A stretch of 64,000 bases of DNA from an uncultured delta proteobacterium (GTDB taxonomy: Bacteria > Desulfobacterota > Binatia > Binatales > Binataceae), in contig CAWCDG010000004.1 in NCBI GenBank assembly GCA_963794325.1, positions 1,447,302 through 1,511,301 on the forward strand. The letters are read 5' to 3'. The notes below the pieces were generated by a model, which saw nothing but the letters and a program-made list of their open reading frames with translations, ran no database searches and was not told the DNA's origin. Shown one piece after another: positions 28,083 to 37,169 of this stretch. Position numbers and translations under genes: made by a program. The first letter of the stretch is position 1. The number at the start of each line of letters is the position of its first letter.

Positions 28083-29387
28083 TTACGGAGCTGCTTTCAC
28101 CATCGACTGGGTGGTGAAGAAATCCTTGTCCACCGCGCCCATGTTGATGTACCAGCATTCGCGCTCCGGCGTATTCTGTCCCGGCAGATAGCACATTGTC
28201 GCAAAACCCGACTGCACGTCATAGCGGGCCGAACCCACGATGAACTCGCGCTTGAAGGGATAGATTGCGACCTTTGCGTCCGGCACCGGGCGATCGCGAT
28301 ACGCTGCCCAGAAGATATTGGTGCGCCACAGTGCGCCCTTCTGGTCGTATCCGTCGACGTACGGCTCGAACCATACTTCTGAGTCCATGTACACGACGGT
28401 GTCTTTGTCGAGCACATTGCCGGCCTCGCCGATGTCGCGGTTAGGCGTCGCCTCGACCACGTACATGTGACGCATCTCCCAATCCTCGGGGCATGCTGAC
28501 GCGCCGCCGTCGGTCGGGCAGGTCACTTCGGGCGAATGCTTCGCATGAACCACCGCGAGCATCTCTTTCTCACCCAGGAACTTGTAGTTGTATTCTTCGG
28601 TCTTTGGATTGAAGCCCGAGTAGTGATCGGGATCGAAGCTCTGGGCACCGGTCGCGGTGCTGTTGAGCGATTCGTTCAGGCGGCGCACGCGGCGGCTGCC
28701 CGGGTTCCACGACCAGGTGTCGTCACCCTGCTTGGGCGCTGCGTAGCGAAAACGAATCAGGCCCTGGCCGCGCGCTTCCTGCGGCGCGAGCAGGGGATAC
28801 AGGCCGAACAGCCACAGACGCCCGGTCTTCTTGAAATCGGGATCGACCGGCAGCGGCTCTACTTCCGTGCGGCCAACCAGATCGTAGCCGGCGTAGTGGC
28901 CGACCTGGATGTCGTTGACGATTCTCTGCTCATGGCCCGGATTGACGTACTCGATCTGGCAATCAAAGAAACGCAGATCGTAGTCGTCGGTGCTGATCGG
29001 GCGGAACACGTTGTTCCACATAATCTTGTTGCCGACTTGCGGGTCGTTGGTGTCGATGAGCGGGAAGGGCTGGCCCGCGACGTAGCCGATAAGCGATCGA
29101 TGGTCGTTGGTCAGGCGCACCTGCGAGGAGTATTTCTCGGTCGCGTCCTTGTACGGTGGCGGCCAATCGATGCGCTCAGACGGCACGATATCCATCTGCA
29201 TTCCGTGCGTCACCATGTAGTAGACGCCGGGCGACACCAGGTCTTTGACCTGCGTCGCGTTTTGGGGAGTGATGACGTCCCCGGGCTTAACTCCGGCCCG
29301 GGCGGTGGCGGCGAATAAACCGAGGCTCATTACGAGCGCGCCGACACCCGCTACTTTCCATGCGATGCGGGTAAAACGGGAAAACAT
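28083..29387 (-). CDS. DUF1329-like (LolA-like fold) periplasmic protein, paralogue 1
   Basis: I chose the start at ATG 29387 (MFSRFTRIAWKVAGVGALVMSLGLFAATARA), preceded by AGGAGG. The longer ORF start at 29477 lacks an RBS. GYVAGQPFPLIDTNDPQVGNKIMWNNVFRP. Confidence 0.55.
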   Translation of the reverse strand: MFSRFTRIAWKVAGVGALVMSLGLFAATARAGVKPGDVITPQNATQVKDLVSPGVYYMVTHGMQMDIVPSERIDWPPPYKDATEKYSSQVRLTNDHRSLIGYVAGQPFPLIDTNDPQVGNKIMWNNVFRPISTDDYDLRFFDCQIEYVNPGHEQRIVNDIQVGHYAGYDLVGRTEVEPLPVDPDFKKTGRLWLFGLYPLLAPQEARGQGLIRFRYAAPKQGDDTWSWNPGSRRVRRLNESLNSTATGAQSFDPDHYSGFNPKTEEYNYKFLGEKEMLAVVHAKHSPEVTCPTDGGASACPEDWEMRHMYVVEATPNRDIGEAGNVLDKDTVVYMDSEVWFEPYVDGYDQKGALWRTNIFWAAYRDRPVPDAKVAIYPFKREFIVGSARYDVQSGFATMCYLPGQNTPERECWYINMGAVDKDFFTTQSMVKAAP

Positions 29388-29622
29388 TCTTTGGGAAACC
29401 TCCTGGGCGGCTGCGAAAAGGCAGGCCATGACATAGTGATGAACAAGCACAGCATCACATCGGTTCCCGGGAGACAATAAGAAGAGATTACTTTGTCTTC
29501 ATGACGAGTCAGTAAACATAAGTAATGGTTATGCAAGGCACAACTTTGAATAATGAGCTAAATGGTTGATTTTACGGACTAAATGTCGGAAGAAAGGCGG
29601 GGGTGAAACCAGCCGGACTAAG

Positions 29623-31776
29623 CTATTCGTAGCGCAGGGCGTCGATCGGGTGGAGCAGACTCGCCTTGCGCGCCGGATAGTAGCCGAAGAACACTCCCAC
29701 TGCTGCTGAAAAGATAAAACCACCGATTACCGCAACCGGTGAGACCAGCGTCGGCCATTCGGCCAACGCGGAAATCAGCTTCGATACGAGGATCCCCAGT
29801 ACGATTCCCGCGAACCCGCCGGTCACCGACAGCAGCATCGCCTCGACCAGGAACTGCAGCATGATATGGATGCGGCGTGCGCCGATCGCCATACGGATTC
29901 CGATTTCGCGCGTGCGCTCGGTCACCGACACCAGCATGATGTTCATGATTCCGATGCCACCGACCAGCAACGAAATCGACGCGACTGACAAAAGCAGCAT
30001 CGTCATCACTTGCGTCGCGCTTTCGGAGGCCGCCGCTATTTCGCTGAGATTGCGGACGGTGAAATCGTCATCCTGTTTCGCCTGTATGTGATGGCGCTCA
30101 TGCAGGGTGCGCGTGATTTGCGCCAACGCGTTGTCGACCTGGTCTGAGCTGGTCGCCTTGACGAACATGGCGTTGACGACGCCGGTTATCTTCGGCGCGC
30201 CGCCGAATGCGCTCGAGGCTTCGGTGCTCGAGGAGTAAACCGAGTTGGTGGTCGGCACTGACGCGTAAGGATTGGTCGCGTTGGCGGTCGCCACTGCCGC
30301 GGGCGCGGCTTGCGCGATGGGCGCCGAGACGCCGAGCACTTTGCGCTCAGCGGTGTTGAACGGGACGATTACCACGTCGTCCTGATCCTGGCCGTAGCTC
30401 GATTGTCCCTTGACGGCGAGCACGCCGATTACTTTCATCGGGAAGTTCTTGACGCGGATGGTCGAGCCGATCGGATTCTGGCCTTCGCCGAAAAGATTGT
30501 TCACCACTGTCTGTCCGAGCAGGCATACCGCGGCGCCCGCTTTTTCTTCGGAGTCGGTGAAGATGCGTCCGAGCGACAGCGGCCAATCGCGGATCGCAAA
30601 ATAGTTCGAGGTGGTACCCTGGATATTCGTGCTCCAGTTGCGATTGCCCGAGACCACCTGCGCGAGCTGCCGATCCATATACGTCACCAGCGCGACTGGG
30701 CCGCCGCCGCGCGCTATAGCCTGCGCGTCGCCTACAGTCAGCGTCGAACTGCTGCCCAGCCCGCCGCGCGTGCCGTTGGCGGTGGTCGCACCCGGCACCA
30801 CAATCAGCAGGTTGGTGCCAAGGCTGTTGATTTGCGCCTCGACCGACGACTTCGCGCCGTCGCCGACCGCGACCATCGTGATCACCGCCGCGACGCCGAT
30901 AAAAATCCCGAGCATCGTGAGCGCCGCGCGCAGCTTGTTGCGCCTGATCGCGCGCGCCGCGGCGACCACCGCCATGCTCGTAAAGGTCCACGCGTCGTCC
31001 ACGGCTGACGCCGCCTGCTGCCGCGATGCTCCGGTCGCCGCCGCGATCGCATCCGCGGCTTTGACAGCAGCTTGTTCGCGCTCGGCGGCGCCGTCCTTGC
31101 GCGTATCGGAAATGATCACACCGTCGCGAAAGGTGACGACCCGGTCCGCGTAGGCGGCCACTTCGGGATCGTGCGTCACGACGATCACCGTGATGCCCTG
31201 CTGGCGATTGAGGTTGGTGAGCACGTCCATTATCTCGGCCGAGTTGGTCGAATCGAGATTTCCGGTCGGCTCGTCGGCCAGCAATATCGAGGGCCGATTC
31301 ACCAGCGCTCGCGCAATCGCGACGCGCTGCTGCTGTCCGCCGGAGAGCTGATTCGGATGGCTGTTCTCGCGGCCGGCCAGCCCGACCAGCTTCACCAGGT
31401 CGGCCGCGCGGCTCTCGCCGTCGGCGGTCCACGCCGAGTAGAACAGCGGCAGCTCGACGTTCTCGAGGGTCGAGGTTCGTGACAGCAGATTGAAGTTTTG
31501 AAAAACGAATCCGATTCGCTGGCTGCGGATCATCGCCAGCTCCGACTCGTTCAGTCGCGCGACGTCCTCGCCTTCCAGGATGTAACGGCCGCTGGTGGGC
31601 CGGTCCAGGCATCCGAGCATGTTCATCAGCGTCGATTTTCCCGAGCCCGACGCGCCCATCACCGCGATGAACTCGCCGCGCTCGATAGTCAGATCGACGC
31701 CGCGCAGTGCATGAACTTCGACCTCGCCCAGCACGTAGGTCTTGGTCATGCCAACGATTTGAATAACGGTATTCAT
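29623..31776 (-). CDS. macB: MacB-type ABC transporter (fused ATPase + FtsX-like permease with periplasmic domain)
   Basis: 717 aa. Walker A GASGSGKSTLMN, signature LSGGQQQRVAIARAL, Walker B ILLADEPTGNLD, then four TM segments and a MacB-type periplasmic core domain. Confidence 0.85.
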   Translation of the reverse strand: MNTVIQIVGMTKTYVLGEVEVHALRGVDLTIERGEFIAVMGASGSGKSTLMNMLGCLDRPTSGRYILEGEDVARLNESELAMIRSQRIGFVFQNFNLLSRTSTLENVELPLFYSAWTADGESRAADLVKLVGLAGRENSHPNQLSGGQQQRVAIARALVNRPSILLADEPTGNLDSTNSAEIMDVLTNLNRQQGITVIVVTHDPEVAAYADRVVTFRDGVIISDTRKDGAAEREQAAVKAADAIAAATGASRQQAASAVDDAWTFTSMAVVAAARAIRRNKLRAALTMLGIFIGVAAVITMVAVGDGAKSSVEAQINSLGTNLLIVVPGATTANGTRGGLGSSSTLTVGDAQAIARGGGPVALVTYMDRQLAQVVSGNRNWSTNIQGTTSNYFAIRDWPLSLGRIFTDSEEKAGAAVCLLGQTVVNNLFGEGQNPIGSTIRVKNFPMKVIGVLAVKGQSSYGQDQDDVVIVPFNTAERKVLGVSAPIAQAAPAAVATANATNPYASVPTTNSVYSSSTEASSAFGGAPKITGVVNAMFVKATSSDQVDNALAQITRTLHERHHIQAKQDDDFTVRNLSEIAAASESATQVMTMLLLSVASISLLVGGIGIMNIMLVSVTERTREIGIRMAIGARRIHIMLQFLVEAMLLSVTGGFAGIVLGILVSKLISALAEWPTLVSPVAVIGGFIFSAAVGVFFGYYPARKASLLHPIDALRYE

Positions 31777-31797
31777 TCCGATCGGCGCCCGCGGATG

Positions 31798-33012
31798 CTA
31801 GTGCGGCAGATGCGGCATCCCGCCGCCGCCCGTGCCGCTGTGCGAGCCGCTCGAAGAATGCGCCGCTGGGTTGCGCACTTCGTCGGTCACCACGCGATCG
31901 CCGGCCTGCACGTCCCCTTCGGCGACTTCGACCCAGGTTCCGTCGCTGAGGCCGGTGGTGATCGTGACCGGCGTGACCTTGCGACTCGCAAGAACCCAGA
32001 CCCGGGTCTGGCGGCCCGGCGTACCGTCAACCGCGGCGGAATCCGCGGGCGGCTGCCCGGCTGGGGCAAAACGCAACGCGTCGATCGGCACCCGCACGAC
32101 GTTGCCCTTCGACGCGGTGACGATGTTCACATTGGCAGTCATGCCGGGCTTCAGCAGCAGCTCCGGATTCTCGACGCTCACGACGACGTCGTAGGTCACG
32201 ACGTTCTGCACGGTGATCGGCGCCTGGCGAACCTGCGTCACCGAGCCCTCGAAATCGCGATCCGGAAACGCGTCGACGCGAAACGTTGCTTTCTGGCCGG
32301 CCTTGACGTAGCCGATATCCGACTCGCTGACGTTCGAATCAACCTGCATCTTGGTCAGGTCCTGCGCGATCAGAAACAGCGTCGGAGTCTGAAAGCTCGC
32401 AGCCACGGTTTGGCCGACGTCGACGTTGCGCGAGACGACGGTGCCGTCAACCGGCGAGACGATATTGGTGTAGTTCAGATTGACTTCGGCGGCCGCGACG
32501 TTGGCGGTCTGCTGCTGAATATTGGCTTGATCGAGCTTGACCTGCGCGACGTCCATCTGCCACGCGCTGTATGCGGAATCGACCACGTCCTTGGACACGG
32601 CGTCGGCCTTGAAGAGCTCGAGGTTGCGCTGGTAGGTCACCTTCTTATAGTTGAGGTCGGCGGTGTCCTTGCCGAGTTGCGCTTTCGAGTTGGCCAGCGT
32701 CGCATGGGCGATATCGACGGTGACCTGGTACGGGCGCGGGTCGATTTTCGCAATCGATTGGCCCTTCTTCACCGGCGCGTTGTAGTCCGCATAGATCGCA
32801 GTGATCGGTCCCGAGACGTAAGTGCCGACCTGCACCGTGATGACCGGATTCACTGTTCCAGTCGCCGTGACCGAACGGACTATCGGCCCCTCAGTAACCT
32901 TGGCGGTAACGATTTTCGGCGCGGTGGTGCTGTCGGTAAGAAAATACCAGCTCGCTGCGATCGCGACGAAGCCAATCGCGAGCATCCAGGCGCTATTCTT
33001 CGAGAGTTTCAT
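31798..33012 (-). CDS. macA: HlyD/MacA-type periplasmic adaptor (membrane fusion protein)
   Basis: 404 aa. N-terminal TM anchor, lipoyl/barrel-sandwich motifs (VGTYVSGPITAIYADYNAPVKKGQSIAKIDPRPY), a coiled-coil region, and a His-rich tail. 21 nt upstream of macB. Confidence 0.75.
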   Translation of the reverse strand: MKLSKNSAWMLAIGFVAIAASWYFLTDSTTAPKIVTAKVTEGPIVRSVTATGTVNPVITVQVGTYVSGPITAIYADYNAPVKKGQSIAKIDPRPYQVTVDIAHATLANSKAQLGKDTADLNYKKVTYQRNLELFKADAVSKDVVDSAYSAWQMDVAQVKLDQANIQQQTANVAAAEVNLNYTNIVSPVDGTVVSRNVDVGQTVAASFQTPTLFLIAQDLTKMQVDSNVSESDIGYVKAGQKATFRVDAFPDRDFEGSVTQVRQAPITVQNVVTYDVVVSVENPELLLKPGMTANVNIVTASKGNVVRVPIDALRFAPAGQPPADSAAVDGTPGRQTRVWVLASRKVTPVTITTGLSDGTWVEVAEGDVQAGDRVVTDEVRNPAAHSSSGSHSGTGGGGMPHLPH

Positions 33013-33120
33013 GGACGGTGCTCAATTATCATCCGGTCATTCATCGGTTTCCAGTAACCACCACCTGATAGACGTACCTCTGCCGTCGGGGTTTCGCGGC
33101 AGGAAGGGGGGAGAATTCCT

Positions 33121-34476
33121 TTACAATCGCGGAAGGATTGGGGGCCGGCGGGAGTCGGGCTTGGTCAGCAGCATCTGCACGTCGCCGATGTAGCGCTCGC
33201 GGAAGCCGGCCTCGCTGTAGCGGAGGTAGAACTCCCACATCCGGATGAATTCCTCGGGATAGCCGAGCGCGCGCACGCGATCGATGTTGTTGAACATCCG
33301 CAGGCGCCAGTGCTTGAGGGTCTCGGCGTAGTTCGGCGTGAGGTCTTCGAGATGGAACAGCCGCAGATCGCTCGAGCGCGTTAGCGAATCGCACAGCGCC
33401 GTGACCGACGGCAGAAAGCTGCCCGGGAAAATGTATTTCTTGATGAAATCGACGCGCTTGATTGCGGCCTCGTACTCGCGGTCCGTGATCGTGATCGCCT
33501 GCAGCAGCATCATGCCGTCGGGCTTCAGCAGTTCGCCGCATTTGCGGAAATATGAATCCAGAAACTGATGCCCGACCGCTTCGATCATCTCGATCGAGAC
33601 CGCCTTGTCGAACTGGCCGGTCAGGTCGCGGTAGTCTTTGAACAGCACCGTGATGCGCTCCGAGAGCCCCTCGGCGGCGATTCGTTTGACGGCGTGGTCG
33701 TGCTGCGCACGCGAGATCGTGGTGGTCGTCACGCGGCATCCGTAGTTTTTCGCCGCATGAATCGCGAACCCGCCCCATCCCGTGCCGATCTCGACGAGAT
33801 GATCGTGCGCACGCAGATCGAGCTTGCGGCAGATGCGATCGACCTTGGCCGTCGCGGCGTCCTCGAGGGTGGCGTCGGGGCGCTCGAAGATCGCGCACGA
33901 GTACATCATCAGATCGCGATCGAGAATCAGCTCGAAGAAATCGTTGCCGAGATCGTAGTGTGCCGCGATGTTGCGCTCGCTGCCGGTCCTGGTGTTGCGA
34001 TTGAGGTAGTGAATGAAGCGGCGGACCGGGTTGGCCAGGCGTGCGAGGCCGCTGTCGAGTCCTTCGGTCACGGCGCGGTTGCGAATCATGATTTGGACGA
34101 GTGCGGTTAAATCGTCGGTCGTCCACGAGCCGGCCATGTACGCCTCGCCGGCGCCCATGCTGCCCGCCGCTGCGAGGTCGGAATAAAAGCGGCGGTCGTG
34201 GACGTGGATGGTCGCGCGCAAGTGGGTGTCGGACAAATCCTGGCCAAACGGGATCCGCTCGCCGCCGTCTTCGACCACCAGCCTGCCGCTTTTGATTCCC
34301 GCCAGACGGCTTAGAACAGCGCCGCGCGCGAAACGATCGAGGAATGCCGGGCGCCGCGCGCGGGCCGCATCGACGCCGGACGCGACAATGGAATCAGACT
34401 TGGGCATCGAGAGAGTCCACCATGTGACCCGTCCCCGATGGGACAGCACCGCATCGAATACACGTGGTCGCATCAT
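33121..34476 (-). CDS. cfa: Cyclopropane-fatty-acyl-phospholipid synthase family SAM-dependent methyltransferase
   Basis: AHYDLGNDFFELILDRDLMMYSCAIFE and the SAM motif HLVEIGTGWGGFAIHAAKNYGCRVTTTTIS. The start is uncertain; the internal ATG at 34407 is also possible. Confidence 0.8.
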   Translation of the reverse strand: MMRPRVFDAVLSHRGRVTWWTLSMPKSDSIVASGVDAARARRPAFLDRFARGAVLSRLAGIKSGRLVVEDGGERIPFGQDLSDTHLRATIHVHDRRFYSDLAAAGSMGAGEAYMAGSWTTDDLTALVQIMIRNRAVTEGLDSGLARLANPVRRFIHYLNRNTRTGSERNIAAHYDLGNDFFELILDRDLMMYSCAIFERPDATLEDAATAKVDRICRKLDLRAHDHLVEIGTGWGGFAIHAAKNYGCRVTTTTISRAQHDHAVKRIAAEGLSERITVLFKDYRDLTGQFDKAVSIEMIEAVGHQFLDSYFRKCGELLKPDGMMLLQAITITDREYEAAIKRVDFIKKYIFPGSFLPSVTALCDSLTRSSDLRLFHLEDLTPNYAETLKHWRLRMFNNIDRVRALGYPEEFIRMWEFYLRYSEAGFRERYIGDVQMLLTKPDSRRPPILPRL

Positions 34477-34514
34477 GGTGCAAGTGCGGAAGGAGGGGAG
34501 TGGGAGAAGAACTA

Positions 34515-34640
34515 ATTAAATGTGAAACCCTTCGCGGGTTTCACGCTTCCGCGGCAGGGGTGACCTCCTTCGGCAAGGCTCAGGACAGGCTCTGCACCCA
34601 GTATTAAGAAAAGATGCGGGACTTCGTCCCTGTTAGAACT
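34515..34640 (+). repeat. Intergenic repeat family R1, copy C (with AATGTGAAACCC..GGGTTTCAC module and long core)
   Basis: ATTAAATGTGAAACCCTTCGCGGGTTTCACGCTTCCGCGGCAGGGGTGACC[TCCTTCGGCAAGGCTCAGGACAGGCT]CTGCACCCAGTATTAAGAAAAGATGCGGGACTTCGTCCCTGTTAGAAC. Confidence 0.8.
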
Positions 34641-34661
34641 TTTTGGGGCGGAGGGATTCTA

Positions 34662-34880
34662 CCTCCCCTTGTCCGAGGGGAGGTCGGCGCGCGCCGAAGG
34701 AGTGCGACGGGAGGGGTGCAGCGCCAAGCCCTCGCAACAATGCCCGTTGTGCTGCTGTCGAGCGGCGAACTGGTTTCTCAGCTTCGAGGTTAAACGAGTC
34801 GAAGTTGGTGGGGTGTCGCACGTTGCACCACACCCGCGCTCACCTTCGGCTCGCGCGACCTCTCCTCGGACAAGGAGAGG
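34662..34880. repeat. R2-type MITE-like element bounded by inverted hairpins
   Basis: Left CCTCCCCTTGTCCGAGGGGAGGTCGGCGCGCGCCGAAGG. The reverse complement of the right end is CCTCTCCTTGTCCGAGGAGAGGTCGCGCGAGCCGAAGG. About 219 bp, with no credible ORF inside. Confidence 0.65.
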
Positions 34881-34900
34881 TTAGGATCGGTCGGAACGAA

Positions 34901-35992
34901 CTAGGGCGTGGGCGTGGGCTCCGGTTCGGTGACTCCTGCGCTATGCGGTGCCAGGTCCGGGAGCGACGGGATTATTCGGCGGCTGGCTTCGATGCTCTCT
35001 CGCGCGTATGCGATTGCAGGGGTGGCCGAAATCGCGCGGGGCTTTGCCGCAACCAGGTCTTCCTCGAGTAGTTCGGGCGGGACCTGGCGGAGGTCCCATA
35101 TTATCCCGCAGGCCTCGAGCAGTTTGAGGGTGTAATACGTGATGTCGATTTCCCACCAGAAAAATCCGTTGCGCGCGGCTGCCGGGTAGTGATGGTGATT
35201 GTTGTGCCATCCTTCGCCGAGCGTGACCATCGCGAGTGTGAAACTGTTGCGGCTGTCGTCGTTGGTCTCATAGCGGCGGCGGCCGAAGACGTGCGCGAGC
35301 GAGTTGATCGTGAAGGTACCGTGCGCGAGGACGACGGTCGAAATGAAAAATCCCCAGATAAGCATCTGCGCGCCGGTCGTGTGCAGGCCTGGTGCGTGAC
35401 GCTGGAGGAACGAACCCAGCCCGAACATCGCGAAGCCGAGAATCGTCGGGACCAGAATGTCGAAGCGATCGAGAAAAATCAGCTCGGGAAACTTCGCGAG
35501 ATCGCGGACCACGCGCAGCTCCGAGCGAAAGTTGGCCTCGGACGTGATCCATCCGATGTGACTCCAGATGAAACCCTGCTGACCCGGCGAATGAACATCG
35601 GTCGGCTCGTCGGAACGTTGATGATGCAGCCGATGATGCGACGCCCACCATAGCGCGCCGCGCTGCACCGCAGTCGCGCCGATCGCGGCGAAGATGAATT
35701 GGCCGATGCGCGAAGTCTTGAACGAGCGATGAGAAAAATAGCGATGGTAGAATCCGGTGATCGCAAACATTCGGATGAAATACATCGCGATGGCGACACC
35801 GACTGCGATCGGACTCCATCCGACCCAGATCACGCCGAGGCACATTAGATGAACGACGACGAACGGGATGCATCGAAACCAATCGGTCTTCTGCGGTGCG
35901 TCGGGATCGGGAGGGCCGCCGGCCGAAGTATCAAACCATCGCGCGATCGCAATTAGAAACCTGCGGGATTTTCCCGCCGTCGCTGACGTCAT
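34901..35992 (-). CDS. Membrane fatty-acid (acyl-CoA/acyl-lipid delta-9 type) desaturase
   Basis: Three His boxes: HRYFSHRS, HHRLHHQRSD, HNNHHHYP. Multiple TM helices. Confidence 0.85.
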   Translation of the reverse strand: MTSATAGKSRRFLIAIARWFDTSAGGPPDPDAPQKTDWFRCIPFVVVHLMCLGVIWVGWSPIAVGVAIAMYFIRMFAITGFYHRYFSHRSFKTSRIGQFIFAAIGATAVQRGALWWASHHRLHHQRSDEPTDVHSPGQQGFIWSHIGWITSEANFRSELRVVRDLAKFPELIFLDRFDILVPTILGFAMFGLGSFLQRHAPGLHTTGAQMLIWGFFISTVVLAHGTFTINSLAHVFGRRRYETNDDSRNSFTLAMVTLGEGWHNNHHHYPAAARNGFFWWEIDITYYTLKLLEACGIIWDLRQVPPELLEEDLVAAKPRAISATPAIAYARESIEASRRIIPSLPDLAPHSAGVTEPEPTPTP

Positions 35993-36085
35993 TCTATCTC
36001 CCCACCCATGCGCGGTAAGCCCAGCCGCATGGCGTAGTCATAATGCCCAGATTTGCGTTTGTATGTTAACAGGCACCAGAACGCG

Positions 36086-36958
36086 TCACTTGGCGGGCGT
36101 AAGCATCTCGATCTCGTCGAACCGCGCGTAGTCGACGCTTCGGCTGCCGTCGGGGTGGAGCACCAGCACGTCCGCAAAGCGTGCGCCCCAGACGATCTCG
36201 TCAAGTTCGTAGGTATGTCGGGCGTGGACAGTCTGTGAGAACGTCTCGTCGAGTCCAATGATAGACACGATGATCTCGGCTGCGCAATTGGCGAGAGATT
36301 CGTGGGTCTGGCCGAACAGCGGCGTGCCCTCGACGATCTGATGGACCGCGGTCCACGACAACGCGAACATCGCGCTGCGGCCGCGCGTCATCGGAAGATC
36401 GTACAGGCGCCGAATCGTGTCGCCTTCGGCGGTGACTTCCTGGCGCGCGAGCACGACGTGAATATCGGCCTCGACGATCCGGTTCGCGCGCAAGTTGGCG
36501 GCACGGATCATCAGGCTGTTAACGCCGTCGCGCGGACTGATCACCACGCAGCGGGTGAATCTCACTCGGGCGGTCGGCCGCGAGAACTTCGAGAAAACCA
36601 GTCCGGTCATGAGCGCGAGCGCGAGCAGTCCGGTGAGCGCCTCGACTGAGACCAGGATGTTCGAGAAGATCGTGACCGGCTCCATCTTGCCGTATCCGAT
36701 CGTCGCCATGGTCTGGACGCTGAAAAAAAACATGTCGGCGAACGAGCCGGAACGCGCGTTCTCGATTCCCTGATCGAGGTAATAGCCGAGGGCAAAGAGC
36801 AGGTTGGCGATGGTGAAGGCGGCGGCGATCAAACCAATCAGCGCGGGCCACGAAGACGTCACGAGGAAGTGATAGAGATCCTCGAAGACGCTGGTGGGTG
36901 CGCCGCGAATCACGCGGTCGCCCTTGAGGCTGCCAATCTGCACTGTTCGCTTCGCCAT
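36086..36958 (-). CDS. Inward-rectifier-type potassium channel (KirBac family)
   Basis: Two TM helices flanking the pore helix and selectivity filter SVQTMATIGYGKM. C-terminal cytoplasmic IRK-type beta domain. Confidence 0.8.
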   Translation of the reverse strand: MAKRTVQIGSLKGDRVIRGAPTSVFEDLYHFLVTSSWPALIGLIAAAFTIANLLFALGYYLDQGIENARSGSFADMFFFSVQTMATIGYGKMEPVTIFSNILVSVEALTGLLALALMTGLVFSKFSRPTARVRFTRCVVISPRDGVNSLMIRAANLRANRIVEADIHVVLARQEVTAEGDTIRRLYDLPMTRGRSAMFALSWTAVHQIVEGTPLFGQTHESLANCAAEIIVSIIGLDETFSQTVHARHTYELDEIVWGARFADVLVLHPDGSRSVDYARFDEIEMLTPAK

Positions 36959-37169
36959 CGCGGTGGAATATAGCGGAGCACGCGTCGCGCAGTCAGCAGG
37001 GGGAAGCCTGCGATTCGCGGCGGCGGGTCGCGAAGTGCTACCTTGCGTGCGGAAGATGGCGGGACCTGGTTTCAGTGGGGCGGGCCGCCGCGCCCGCCAT
37101 CTCTCCTCGAGGTTGCGGTCACGCGCTGCGATACTCTGTAGTGCGGCAGGCGTCTGCGGTAGAAGTAAA

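Noticed and set aside
29623-33057. Long alternative ORFs overlapping macB/macA (30347..31612 minus, 421 aa; 31498..33057 plus, 519 aa; 30310..31008 plus)
   Set aside because: - The translations are Arg/Gly/Pro/Asp-rich and low in complexity, with no motifs.
- They overlap genes with unambiguous ABC and HlyD signatures.
- Such shadow ORFs are typical of high-GC DNA.
33041-34126. 361-aa ORF in another frame of the cfa gene; likewise 59216..60250 (minus, 344 aa) antisense to the thiolase and 47930..48943 (plus, 337 aa) antisense to the hydrolase-TPR gene
   Set aside because: Arg-rich, motif-free translations that overlap genes with clear family signatures.
34643-35071. ORFs 34643..35071(+), 34669..34884(+), 34633..34833(-)
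   Set aside because: They lie within the R2 MITE-like element and run antisense into the desaturase gene. No coding signal is visible.
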